From the NCBI GenBank assembly GCA_964452165.1, contig CAYVKP010000001.1, positions 332,110-396,109 on the forward strand: a stretch of DNA of 64,000 nt. Direction: 5' to 3'. The notes below the pieces were generated by a model that saw only the letters and a list, made by a program, of their open reading frames with translations, searched no databases and was not told the origin of the DNA. Below are positions 9,175-18,616 of this stretch, piece after piece (position 1 is the stretch's first letter; every line of letters starts with the position of its first letter). This stretch comes from an uncultured Gammaproteobacteria bacterium (GTDB taxonomy: Bacteria > Patescibacteriota > Microgenomatia > Levybacterales > GWA1-39-11). The position numbers and the translations under genes are program-made.

Positions 9175-9431
9175 TTTACACTTTTTAATTTTTCCCCATT
9201 TGACAATCTAAATTGCTACTTTTGAAGCAAGGTATTTTTCTTGACAAATCGTTCTTTTTTTTACACGATTAATTCATACCTAATTTCGATTTTATCGTCG
9301 AAATGAAGGGAGGTGTTCAACCAACATGGCAAAGAAGAAAAAAGCAAAGAAAAGGAAATAAGTTAGAGTAATCTAACTTATTCCGGTTGGATTCCGTGTG
9401 AACGGAATACCAATTGATCAAATGGTATTCT

Positions 9432-9470
9432 GCCCCGTCATTCGAAAGAAAGGCGGGGCGAATTCTTTTT
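9432..9470 (+). terminator. Intrinsic terminator/attenuator-like hairpin 48 nt upstream of secA
   Basis: An 8 bp GC-rich stem forms between GCCCCGTC (9432-9439) and GGCGGGGC (9452-9459), including one GU pair, with a 12 nt loop. It is followed by the U-rich tract TTCTTTTT (9463-9470). Confidence 0.5.
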
Positions 9471-9517
9471 AGAAGGTAATTTTGGTTCATTTATGATAGA
9501 ATTTAAGTTCAATAATT

Positions 9518-12247
9518 ATGTTCGGTTCAATTTCCAAATTATTCGATTCAAACGACAAAGAAGTTAAAAAACTTTCTCCCATTGTTGATGAAATTAACGC
9601 CCTTGAAGAGAAAGTTAAAAAGCTTAAAGACGCCGACTTTCCTAAAAAAACCGCAGAACTTGCAAAAAGAATAGAAAAGGGAGAAAGTATTTTTTTAATA
9701 TTGCCTGAAGCTTTTGCATTAGCTCGTGAAGCCTCATATCGCGCTGTTGGACTCCGTCACTACGATGTGCAGATTATGGGCGCCATTACTCTTGCTCAAG
9801 GTAAAGTTGCAGAGCAGAAAACGGGAGAAGGAAAAACTTTATCTGCAATTCCTGCCCTTTACTTAAATGCGCTAACTGGAAAAAGCGTTCATTTGGTTAC
9901 AGTAAATGATTATCTTGCACGTCGTGATGCCGGTTGGATGGGTGCAATTTTTGAATTCTTGGGAATGAGTGTCGCATCAATAATCTCTGAAAATTCATTC
10001 ATCTACGATCCAAAATTTACCGACGAACAGGCCCAGGACTTTAGACTTTTGCACTTGCGCCCGGTTTCGCGACAAGAAGCATATAGGGCCAATGTAGTTT
10101 ATGGAATCAATTCTGAATTCGGTTTTGATTATCTTCGCGACAATATGGTTACGGATCCAGCACAAATGGTTCAATCTGACCATTTTTACGCAATAATCGA
10201 TGAGGTTGACTCGGTGTTGATTGATGAAGCAAGAACTCCACACATTATTTCAATGCCCGATGCGACTCCTTCGCAAAAATATTATGAATATGCCGGAATC
10301 GTTGGAAAATTAACAAACGAAACAGATTACAAGATAGACGAGAAATCGCGAACCGCTCACCTTACCGATCACGGAATTGAAAAAGTTGAAAAACTTTACG
10401 GTGTATCCGATATTTACGAAAAAGATTTCGATACGGTTTATCATATTGAAGCAGCCCTCAAAGCAAATACTCTATTTCACAAAAATAAAGATTATATAGT
10501 ACGCGACAATCAGGTAATTTTAGTAGATGAGTTTACAGGTCGATTACTCGAAGGAAGAAGACTATCTGAAGGTCTACATCAGGCAATTGAAGCCAAGGAA
10601 GGCGTTGCGATTCAACAAGAATCTAAAACCTTGGCAACTGTTTCTCTTCAAAATTACTTCAGAATGTACGAAAAGCTCGCGGGAATGACAGGAACTGCCG
10701 TTACTGAGGCGGAAGAGTTTCAGAAAATATATAAGCTTGATGTCGTCGTCGTCCCCACCCACAGGGAAATGATTCGCGAGGACGTTGCGGATCAGATTTA
10801 TAAAACTACTCGGGCAAAGGTAGCAGCAATTGTGAATGAGGTTGAGGAGGCTAACAAAAAAGGACAGCCGGTTTTGGTTGGTACCACTTCAATTGATAAG
10901 AACGAAATAATATCAGAAGCCTTGAAACGGCGAGGAATAAAACATGAAGTCTTGAACGCTAAAAACCACACAAAAGAGGCGCTCATCATTAAAGACGCAG
11001 GAAAGCGCAGTGCTGTAACCGTTGCAACAAATATGGCAGGACGTGGAGTCGATATTATTCTTGGGGGTCAGCCTCCCTCCAAATTTGACCTGGTTTATTC
11101 AGGTAAAACAGGAGAGAAAAAGTTTGAGTCAGACTTAAAGCTATGGGAGAAAGAGCATGAGGCGGTTTTGGAGAGCGGTGGGTTATTTGTTATAGGTACT
11201 GAAAAGCATGAATCGAGAAGAATAGACAATCAGTTAAGAGGGCGTTCGGGACGTCAAGGGGATCCTGGAAAATCCGTTTTTGTAATTTCTCTTGAAGATG
11301 ATCTGATGCGTGTTTTTGGTGGAGAGCAAATCTCGGGTCTTATGACAAGATTCAATTTTCCCGAAGATACACCTTTGGCTCACGGGCTCGTTTCAAGAGT
11401 TATAGAACAGGCTCAGGTAAAGGTTGAAGGATATAATTTTGAAATCCGAAAAAATCTTCTTGATTATGACGATGTCTTAAATCAGCAAAGAGAAATAATT
11501 TATGAGATGAGGCAGAGAATAGTCCGCGGTGATGAGGATATTGTTGATTTTGTTTTGCAAAAAGTTGACACGGTTACGGCAAATCTTGTTGCAGCAAATC
11601 TTTTCTCTCAGGGCGCAGCCGACGGACACAAGACAGTAATAGATGAGTTTTCAACAATTGTTCCATTTGACGAGGCTTCACGGGAAAATTTATACAAACA
11701 AATTCAGCAACTTGGTTCGGTAGAAAAAACTACAGAGTTTTTGACAGGTCTGACCAAACAATTAATAAACACTTGGGAAAAGCAATATACGCGTGAACAC
11801 ATAGGACATATTTATAAAGTAATAGCGTTATCAACGATCGATAATTTATGGATGGAGCATTTGACAGCAATGGAGGATTTGCGAACCGGAATAGGGCTGC
11901 GTGGTTATGGGCAACGTGATCCGCTTGTCGAATACAAAAACGAAGCTTTTGGAATGTTTGAGCGCCTTGTTGCGTCAGTTGATGATGATATTGCCCGTCG
12001 CGCATTCAGAGTAAATTTTGCTGAAGTCGTCCCGCATGTTCATACGCCTCAAAATGTCCAAGTAAATCAACCCGAATCAGAAATTGGAGAAAAAGCTGCC
12101 AAAAGTTCGGCCTCATCAAAAAAAATAAAAGTTAAGAACGACACGGATGGAACGACCGAAACCAAAAAACTCGGTAGAAATGACCCTTGCTGGTGCGGAT
12201 CCGGAAAGAAGTGGAAAAAATGCCACTACCCAAACCTCCCAGCATAG
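9518..12247 (+). CDS. secA: Preprotein translocase ATPase SecA
   Basis: The 909 aa protein has DEAD-like motor motifs and the C-terminal zinc-binding tail CWCGSGKKWKKCH. Confidence 0.95.
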   Translation: MFGSISKLFDSNDKEVKKLSPIVDEINALEEKVKKLKDADFPKKTAELAKRIEKGESIFLILPEAFALAREASYRAVGLRHYDVQIMGAITLAQGKVAEQKTGEGKTLSAIPALYLNALTGKSVHLVTVNDYLARRDAGWMGAIFEFLGMSVASIISENSFIYDPKFTDEQAQDFRLLHLRPVSRQEAYRANVVYGINSEFGFDYLRDNMVTDPAQMVQSDHFYAIIDEVDSVLIDEARTPHIISMPDATPSQKYYEYAGIVGKLTNETDYKIDEKSRTAHLTDHGIEKVEKLYGVSDIYEKDFDTVYHIEAALKANTLFHKNKDYIVRDNQVILVDEFTGRLLEGRRLSEGLHQAIEAKEGVAIQQESKTLATVSLQNYFRMYEKLAGMTGTAVTEAEEFQKIYKLDVVVVPTHREMIREDVADQIYKTTRAKVAAIVNEVEEANKKGQPVLVGTTSIDKNEIISEALKRRGIKHEVLNAKNHTKEALIIKDAGKRSAVTVATNMAGRGVDIILGGQPPSKFDLVYSGKTGEKKFESDLKLWEKEHEAVLESGGLFVIGTEKHESRRIDNQLRGRSGRQGDPGKSVFVISLEDDLMRVFGGEQISGLMTRFNFPEDTPLAHGLVSRVIEQAQVKVEGYNFEIRKNLLDYDDVLNQQREIIYEMRQRIVRGDEDIVDFVLQKVDTVTANLVAANLFSQGAADGHKTVIDEFSTIVPFDEASRENLYKQIQQLGSVEKTTEFLTGLTKQLINTWEKQYTREHIGHIYKVIALSTIDNLWMEHLTAMEDLRTGIGLRGYGQRDPLVEYKNEAFGMFERLVASVDDDIARRAFRVNFAEVVPHVHTPQNVQVNQPESEIGEKAAKSSASSKKIKVKNDTDGTTETKKLGRNDPCWCGSGKKWKKCHYPNLPA

Positions 12248-12259
12248 TTCTATAACAAG

Positions 12260-12895
12260 ATGATGCCTAACAGTAACAATGAAGGTGAGCAACGCACTCC
12301 TCAGCGAGTAAAGCTTTTTACTGAAGTAACAACTGCTCGAGCAGCGGAAATAGAACGAGGCGTTTTTGAATCTACTACTCCTCCTGTTCACCCGCCCGCC
12401 CGTTGGCAGGCGGAATGGGCGCTTGACCATTTTCAACCGGAAGATTTGAGACAAAAAGGTATTACTCGAAGACAAGACATATTCTCCTCACATTTACCTT
12501 ACCAAGGTCATCAGCCAATCGCCGATAAAGTGCTTGTGGAGTTTGAAGTGGATGAGAATTCGCTTTATATTGCTGAGTCAGAATTTGTAAGCAATATTAT
12601 AACTCCAGCGATGAGCGATACGCCTTTTTCAAAACTAATGGAGCGAAAAGAAATATTTGATTCGCTTTTCCCTGAAACTGGAATAAGTCGAGCGACATTT
12701 GAAGAACGGCTAGCTACCTTATCCGGTGAGAAAAGAGATTCTTTGCTGGAGATGTCTAAGGGAGCGGCAGAAGACTACTGGAAAAGTGTTGTGCCCTACA
12801 GCGCTTACCAAGACCAAGGGGTTTCTTACGAGGAGCCTGAAGCACTTATAGTTCGTGGCGCCAGATTTGAGAACGTCAAAAGATCCGGAGCGTAA
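12260..12895 (+). CDS. Hypothetical protein
   Basis: This 211 aa ORF lies 12 nt downstream of secA. It has no recognisable motifs, and its sequence looks somewhat GC-richer than the flanking genes. Confidence 0.4.
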   Translation: MMPNSNNEGEQRTPQRVKLFTEVTTARAAEIERGVFESTTPPVHPPARWQAEWALDHFQPEDLRQKGITRRQDIFSSHLPYQGHQPIADKVLVEFEVDENSLYIAESEFVSNIITPAMSDTPFSKLMERKEIFDSLFPETGISRATFEERLATLSGEKRDSLLEMSKGAAEDYWKSVVPYSAYQDQGVSYEEPEALIVRGARFENVKRSGA

Positions 12896-12901
12896 ATATT
12901 C

Positions 12902-13606
12902 TTAAATATACCTCTCTTTTAGCTCGAGCCATTTTTCTGCTTCTTCAATTGAACGCCTCATAAAACCAACTGCCTCAACCGGATATTTACCAATGGCTGT
13001 CTCCTCAGAAAGCATTACGGCATTTGAACCGTCAAAAACTGCGTTTGAAACATCTGATATTTCTGCAATTGTTGGTTTGGCATTATTGACCATGGATAAA
13101 AGCATCTCTGTCGCAGTTATTAAAAACTTATTTTCGGCCAACGCCTTACGCGATAAATCCTTTTGTAAAACAGGAATTCTTTCTATGGATTCTGCTTTTG
13201 AAAGATCTCCCCGAGCAATCATAATCCCATCAGACGCAGCAAGAATCGGATGTATGTTGTTTACTCCCGCAGTTGTCTCAATCTTTGCAATTATAAATGC
13301 TTTGGTTTTTTCCTTAACTTCTTTAATTTGATCAGCGTCATTAACAAAAGATACGGCTACCATGTCAAGATTATTTTTTGAAAAATAATCTAATTTATCA
13401 AGAGTCTTGATATCAAAAATGACTTTTATATTTTTTCCAAGTGAGTGATCTGTAAGGTTCTTAAGTATTTGGTCATACTGAGCGTAATCTCCGTAGGCTG
13501 TGTTTATTCTTACCATATCAACGCCTTCTCTAACTATTCCTTCAAACACAGAGGGGTCAAGCGTTGCCGGCCCAATAGTGGCAATAATTTTAGTCTTCCT
13601 ATTCAT
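12902..13606 (-). CDS. Pyruvate kinase-like protein (A-domain barrel only; B lid and C-terminal domain absent)
   Basis: The protein contains MNRKTKIIATIGPA, DMVAVSFV, IIAKIE, DGIMIARGDL, ATEMLLSM and PTIAEISDVSNAVFDGSNAVMLSEETAIGKYP. All of the PK A-domain catalytic motifs are present in about 235 aa. The track ORF starts at an upstream GTG at 13630. Confidence 0.7.
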   Translation of the reverse strand: MNRKTKIIATIGPATLDPSVFEGIVREGVDMVRINTAYGDYAQYDQILKNLTDHSLGKNIKVIFDIKTLDKLDYFSKNNLDMVAVSFVNDADQIKEVKEKTKAFIIAKIETTAGVNNIHPILAASDGIMIARGDLSKAESIERIPVLQKDLSRKALAENKFLITATEMLLSMVNNAKPTIAEISDVSNAVFDGSNAVMLSEETAIGKYPVEAVGFMRRSIEEAEKWLELKERYI

Positions 13607-13650
13607 AAAAGAATAATAACATATTGCCACTTGCTTGACATGGATCTTTA

Positions 13651-15627
13651 ATGCGTGAAATACTTAAAAAAGTGGAGAACGCTTCGGTCTCATCAGGATT
13701 ACCCAATATTCCTTCCCCTCCAAATGCTGGTAGGAGAAAATTTCCCTTACTAATTATTCCTTCTTTTTTAATTATTCTGCTTACAGCATTTTTCTTGACA
13801 CAGTTTTTACTAGGTTTTTCAAAAAATGCCGAAAATCTTTGTAGCATAGACAGTAAAAATCTTTGTGACGGTAAAGTTGTTGAGATTAAAGGGGCAGTAA
13901 ATGACTCTACTTTTGTACAAGAGTATGGTTATAAATTTACCCCAACAGGTTCGAGAATTAAAAACGAGATATACATTGGAGCGACGCGCTATGATGGTTT
14001 AAAAATTGGTCAGGGTCCCGAAAATTTCGCGGTCTCTCCACCGTTTGGCAGAAAAATAACAGTTAGGGGTGTAGTTAGAGTATCTGATGCCTACAGATGT
14101 ACGGTTAAGGATTATGCGTTGGCCAATCCACAACATTGTCAGAACGACACCTACCGGATTGATATTTCCCCATCGTCTATCATCACAGACAAATTTGACA
14201 GCGAAATAAATTACAGTATTTACGGTAAGCTTCCAAATATAAAAAACGACATTAAAACATGTAATTCCAAAACGCAATTTTGTGAGGACAACTTAGGTAG
14301 AGCCCCGGGCAGTTGTTATCTGTTGAATTTGACTAAGGATCAATGTTCACAAATTCGAATCGACAACGATACATTTTTTATTTCTGGAATCACTCAGTCT
14401 CTTCATGACCCTCTCAGTCCACAATCTCTTTATCAGGTTAATGGCATAGATTTTGGCAACCAAAGTGTGAATACTGTCTCAGGTTATGACAAGTTTTCTT
14501 TAAAGCCGGGTGTGTACTCTGCTTACAATAAGCTAGGCGAGAAAGTGGCAACCTTCAATACTGGTACGGTTGATTTCATAGATCCCGACACTTTCATGCC
14601 CGCATCGGAAGGTATTTATTTTTTCCTAAAAGATAGTCTTTTCTTGGCGAGTAAAAATGGAAATATAGTAAAAATGGGAACTCTTCCATCAAGCTATACA
14701 GGTAAGGGTTTTACTGCTTATGGTTTCAAAATGGTGGACTCCGGTAAAAGTCTGGTCTTTATGGTAAGTGATACTGATTCAGTTAGGGTCGTGAACCAGA
14801 ATTCCTACACAACCAACACGTTCTACTTGTTGAAAGTTGCGCTTGGTTCTCCTTCTGAGACTTTGAGTCCTGAGGTATTGTATTCTGAGAAAATGGAAGG
14901 TTTTATAAATTCTTTCGAAGTCAATCCCGAGGCCAGTACCGTCCTTATATCATACTCGTCCGCTGAAGAGTCTTTTGCTTCCTGTCAGACGACCCATTAT
15001 GTAAATATAAATTTAAACGACAAGTCTAAAACAGAACTCTTTAGTTTGGTTACGGACGGCGGCGGCAACATATATTGTACAGAACCTATGAATCGCAATA
15101 TGTATTCGTCCGGCGACGGTCACTATCTAATTTTTGGTGTAGATTTCAATAATAACCCCGCTACCACTCAGATCAATCGTCTAGTCGTATATACGATAAG
15201 TGGTAATGCTGCTGTTAAAAAAGAATATTTAGCGGATAGTCAGTTATTGCGTAGTCAAGCAGTGCAAATTACCGGCGTTTCAGATAGCGAGATTTCTTTA
15301 ATTGATAGTTCTTCTGATAAAATAGGTTACACATTTAATCTTTCGAGAGACAAGTATTCTTTAGATAATTTAAAACCGGTCATTAGCTCACCTATTTCCT
15401 TAACCCCTACTCCTTACCCTACGGACTTATATCAGATTATCAACTCGGAATATTTGTACGAGGATGATAAAAATTGGTATTTTTTAAGTAGAGACGTGAA
15501 TGAAAGAAAATACTATGTTGTAGACAAAAAAACTAAAAAGGTATTTTTAGCATCTACATTTTCCTTGTATGCTCGTGCTAAAATATCAGCTAACAATAAC
15601 TTCTACATTCTTGACAACGATCATTAA
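13651..15627 (+). CDS. Large hypothetical membrane-anchored extracytoplasmic protein
   Basis: The 658 aa protein has an N-terminal TM/signal anchor (FPLLIIPSFLIILLTAFFLTQFLLGF). The Cys- and Ser/Asn-rich ectodomain has no recognisable catalytic motif. Confidence 0.5.
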   Translation: MREILKKVENASVSSGLPNIPSPPNAGRRKFPLLIIPSFLIILLTAFFLTQFLLGFSKNAENLCSIDSKNLCDGKVVEIKGAVNDSTFVQEYGYKFTPTGSRIKNEIYIGATRYDGLKIGQGPENFAVSPPFGRKITVRGVVRVSDAYRCTVKDYALANPQHCQNDTYRIDISPSSIITDKFDSEINYSIYGKLPNIKNDIKTCNSKTQFCEDNLGRAPGSCYLLNLTKDQCSQIRIDNDTFFISGITQSLHDPLSPQSLYQVNGIDFGNQSVNTVSGYDKFSLKPGVYSAYNKLGEKVATFNTGTVDFIDPDTFMPASEGIYFFLKDSLFLASKNGNIVKMGTLPSSYTGKGFTAYGFKMVDSGKSLVFMVSDTDSVRVVNQNSYTTNTFYLLKVALGSPSETLSPEVLYSEKMEGFINSFEVNPEASTVLISYSSAEESFASCQTTHYVNINLNDKSKTELFSLVTDGGGNIYCTEPMNRNMYSSGDGHYLIFGVDFNNNPATTQINRLVVYTISGNAAVKKEYLADSQLLRSQAVQITGVSDSEISLIDSSSDKIGYTFNLSRDKYSLDNLKPVISSPISLTPTPYPTDLYQIINSEYLYEDDKNWYFLSRDVNERKYYVVDKKTKKVFLASTFSLYARAKISANNNFYILDNDH

Positions 15628-16399
15628 AACAATTAAGCCACAGCAGGTAGCTTTCAAAGCGGAGGATCTCATACGGCAAGTTCTAAGAGGAGAAGGATAC
15701 AAGGAAGTCTTAATTGCAGTTTCAGGAGGAATTGATTCTGCAACCAGTGCGACTCTTGCAGTCCGCGCTCTTGGAAAAGAAAATATTTATCCGGTCATTT
15801 TGCCGTACGGAGAATTGAATGATGAGGGAGCTCAAGATGCATGGGAAGTTATACATTTTTTAAAAATACCCGCCAAGCAAGTTATCACAATCGATATAAA
15901 ACCCGCAACAGACGCATTTGCTAAATATGATAAATCTATGGATGAGGGAAGACTTGGTAATGTTATGGCCAGAATGAGAATGGTTGCCCTTTACGATTTA
16001 TCCAAGAAACTAAATCGACTTGTTGTCGGGACGGAAAATAAGACAGAGCATCTATTGGGTTATTACACTCGTTTTGGAGACGAGGCAAGCGACATTGAAC
16101 CCATTCGAAGCCTTTACAAAACACAGGTTTATATGCTCGCAGAATATTTAAAAATCCCCCAAAAAATAATTGATAAATCACCCAGCGCCGGTTTGTGGTT
16201 AGGGCAAACAGATGAAGGAGAATTTGGATTTACCTATGAGTTTGCCGATGAAGTTTTATATTTACATTACGAAAAAAACTTATCGAAAAGCGAGATTATC
16301 AAAAAGGGTTATAACAAAAAAGACGTCGAGAAACTTTGGTGGTGGATTGAAAAGGGTGAATTCAAAGATCGCCTACCTCATAAATACTCTGATCACTAG
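15611..16399 (+). CDS. nadE: NH3-dependent NAD+ synthetase
   Basis: The protein carries the PP-loop SGGIDS within ...EVLIAVSGGIDSATSA. The likely TTG start at 15611 is in frame with the track ORF at 15569, and it overlaps the end of the preceding gene. Confidence 0.8.
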   Translation: MTTIIKTIKPQQVAFKAEDLIRQVLRGEGYKEVLIAVSGGIDSATSATLAVRALGKENIYPVILPYGELNDEGAQDAWEVIHFLKIPAKQVITIDIKPATDAFAKYDKSMDEGRLGNVMARMRMVALYDLSKKLNRLVVGTENKTEHLLGYYTRFGDEASDIEPIRSLYKTQVYMLAEYLKIPQKIIDKSPSAGLWLGQTDEGEFGFTYEFADEVLYLHYEKNLSKSEIIKKGYNKKDVEKLWWWIEKGEFKDRLPHKYSDH

Positions 16400-16417
16400 G
16401 CTTGGTATAATATAGGC

Positions 16418-17359
16418 ATGCCAGGCGAAAGTTCAATGGATCAAGATTTGGGCAAAGGAGTCCCTCCAGCATTTGAAATTCCTGCAAAAAGACCCGGTCG
16501 TTTTGTTGATAGACTGGGCTTTGTATCGCGGGTCGCTCTAGAAAGAGTGATTAAACCTCCCAAAGTGGAGGGACTTGAGCATTTATCCGAAATTCCAAAA
16601 GGAGAAAAAGTAGTAGTTGCATGCGATCATCTTGCGGATGTTTCAGAACTCGCAGCTATCCAAGCGCTTGCACCGTATAGAAAAGCCGATGTCGCTTCTC
16701 TTGCAACTAATCAAAGAGACCTAAAGCAGGCGATTCCAATACGCATGTTAGGAAGAAATAGGTTTCATGACGTTCGAAACATTTTTGATAAAGAAAAAGA
16801 TAAACCATACATGAGCTTTGATACTTCAAACTTTTCCGAAATGAAAGAAGCTATGGACAAAGGTTCTGACATGGTAATTTCAGCTCATAGGCCATTAAGG
16901 CGAACAGAGACAGCTGTTTTACCCAGTGAACCCACTATAGGCGCTGTGTATCTTGCCCAGCTCACAGAGGGCAGGAGAGTAGTTCCAGTGGCGCTTGATA
17001 TGCACACCGAGCAAAGAATAGGAATGGCATACAAGGACGTTAAAGGGGCAATAACTGATGATAGAAGCAAAGGGAGGTCTGATGCAACATTTAGAATTGG
17101 GTCTACGATTGTTTTAGATCAAATTCCAAAAGACGACCTGGATAAGTTTACTAAGATTGGAAACTCTAAATCGCGTGCAGAATTGAGAAATACGGGACAG
17201 TTCACAGACGCAAAGGAAGCATATCTAAGGGTTAGGGAAACTCTTGAAGGACAAAGTAGGCAAATAATGAATGCGATTGCGGATCTTTTGCCTGAGGAGA
17301 AAAGAAATGGTTGGGGTAATTCGAATACAAACGACAATTCCGGACAAACCACCACTTGA
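16418..17359 (+). CDS. Hypothetical protein
   Basis: This 313 aa protein has no confident family assignment. Its sequence looks GC-richer than the neighbouring genes. Confidence 0.4.
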   Translation: MPGESSMDQDLGKGVPPAFEIPAKRPGRFVDRLGFVSRVALERVIKPPKVEGLEHLSEIPKGEKVVVACDHLADVSELAAIQALAPYRKADVASLATNQRDLKQAIPIRMLGRNRFHDVRNIFDKEKDKPYMSFDTSNFSEMKEAMDKGSDMVISAHRPLRRTETAVLPSEPTIGAVYLAQLTEGRRVVPVALDMHTEQRIGMAYKDVKGAITDDRSKGRSDATFRIGSTIVLDQIPKDDLDKFTKIGNSKSRAELRNTGQFTDAKEAYLRVRETLEGQSRQIMNAIADLLPEEKRNGWGNSNTNDNSGQTTT

Positions 17360-17505
17360 CCCCATAAGGACTTTTTGTTAAAGTAAAACCCCAGAAGGTA
17401 ACCCGTTCGACTCTCTGCCAAAAAGGCGGATCGCTCAGGGCAAGAACAGCTTCTGGTTTTTTATGAGGAAAATTTATAGGTTTGTTCACAATAGAGTTTA
17501 GAACG

Positions 17506-17531
17506 GAGCGCCCGCAAGCGCTCTTTTTTTT
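17506..17531 (+). terminator. Rho-independent terminator
   Basis: GAGCGC at 17506-17511 pairs with GCGCTC at 17518-17523 around the loop CCGCAA, and the stem is followed by T8 at 17524-17531. Confidence 0.7.
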
Positions 17532-17578
17532 GGCCCCGATTCTCTCGAAAGCTTTGAAGGGGCAGGCTAAATTATAAA

Positions 17579-18616
17579 ATGGTTGGGAAATTAATACTTG
17601 AAGACGGAACAAAACTGGATGGTAAAAGTTTTGGTGCAAATACCTCACGCGCCGGAGAGGCTGTTTTTTCAACCGGTATGACCGGATATCCAGAAAGCCT
17701 GACAGACCCGTCTTACCGTGGCCAAATTCTAATTTTAACTTACCCCCTGGTAGGAAATTATGGAGTTCCTGCTCGCATTTTTTGGGAGTCGGGTAAAATT
17801 ATGGTCTCGGGTCTCGTTGTCTCAACCTACAATGATACTCCCTCACATTTTCAGAGCAAAAAGACTCTAGCACAATGGTTTAAAGATGAAAATGTTCCGT
17901 TGATTGAAATTAAAGATACACGTGCCTTGACTCAAAAGATAAGAAGCAAAGGTGCAATGCTCGGAAAAATAATTCTTGAGAAAGACGTTCCTTTTTATGA
18001 CCCTAATAAAGAAAATTTGGTGGATCAAGTTTCGACTAAAAAAGTTGAGAAAAGTTTGGGAAAAAGCAAAAAAACCGTAGTGCTCATAGATTGTGGCGCA
18101 AAGGACAACATTAGGCGAGAGCTTTTGAAAAGAGATGTGAGTGTTATTACTGTCCCATGGGATTTTGATCCGCTAGCAGGGACAATCGGAAAGTTTGATG
18201 GTGTGGTCGTCTCAAATGGTCCGGGAGATCCAAAACTTGCGGATAAAACGATCGAAAACATTAAGAAAATACTCGGCCGCAAGATTCCCACACTTGGTAT
18301 TTGTCTCGGACATCAGTTGTTAACGCTTGCAGCAGGAGGAGACACTCAAAAACTAAAGTATGGGCATCGAAGTCAAAACCAACCTTGTATTATGGAAGGG
18401 TCGCCTCGCTGTTATATTACAACTCAAAACCACGGCTTTGCCGTCTCAAAAATTCCGAGCGGTTTTAAGGCCTGGTTTACAAACGCCAATGACAATACAA
18501 ATGAGGGAATAATTCATAAAACCCTTCCTTTCATGTCCGTTCAATTTCACCCCGAAGCAACACCGGGTCCAGTAGATACAGATTGGATATTTGACTATTT
18601 CTTGGAAAAGATATGA
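17579..18616 (+). CDS. carA: Carbamoyl-phosphate synthase small (glutaminase) subunit
   Basis: The protein has the CarA N-terminal domain and a class I GATase with LGICLGHQLL and the Cys-His-Glu triad region. Confidence 0.9.
   Translation: MVGKLILEDGTKLDGKSFGANTSRAGEAVFSTGMTGYPESLTDPSYRGQILILTYPLVGNYGVPARIFWESGKIMVSGLVVSTYNDTPSHFQSKKTLAQWFKDENVPLIEIKDTRALTQKIRSKGAMLGKIILEKDVPFYDPNKENLVDQVSTKKVEKSLGKSKKTVVLIDCGAKDNIRRELLKRDVSVITVPWDFDPLAGTIGKFDGVVVSNGPGDPKLADKTIENIKKILGRKIPTLGICLGHQLLTLAAGGDTQKLKYGHRSQNQPCIMEGSPRCYITTQNHGFAVSKIPSGFKAWFTNANDNTNEGIIHKTLPFMSVQFHPEATPGPVDTDWIFDYFLEKI

Noticed and set aside
16418-17359. PlsC-type acyltransferase call for the 313 aa protein
   Set aside because: The candidate segment CDHLADVSE does not satisfy the H-x4-D spacing of the LPLAT motif, so no functional call was made.
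17360-17460. Possible tRNA or T-arm (GTTCGAC) in the spacer after 17359
   Set aside because: The TTCGA-containing segment has no complementary T-stem, no acceptor or anticodon arms can be built, and no CCA context is present. It is kept only as a possible small RNA or terminator.
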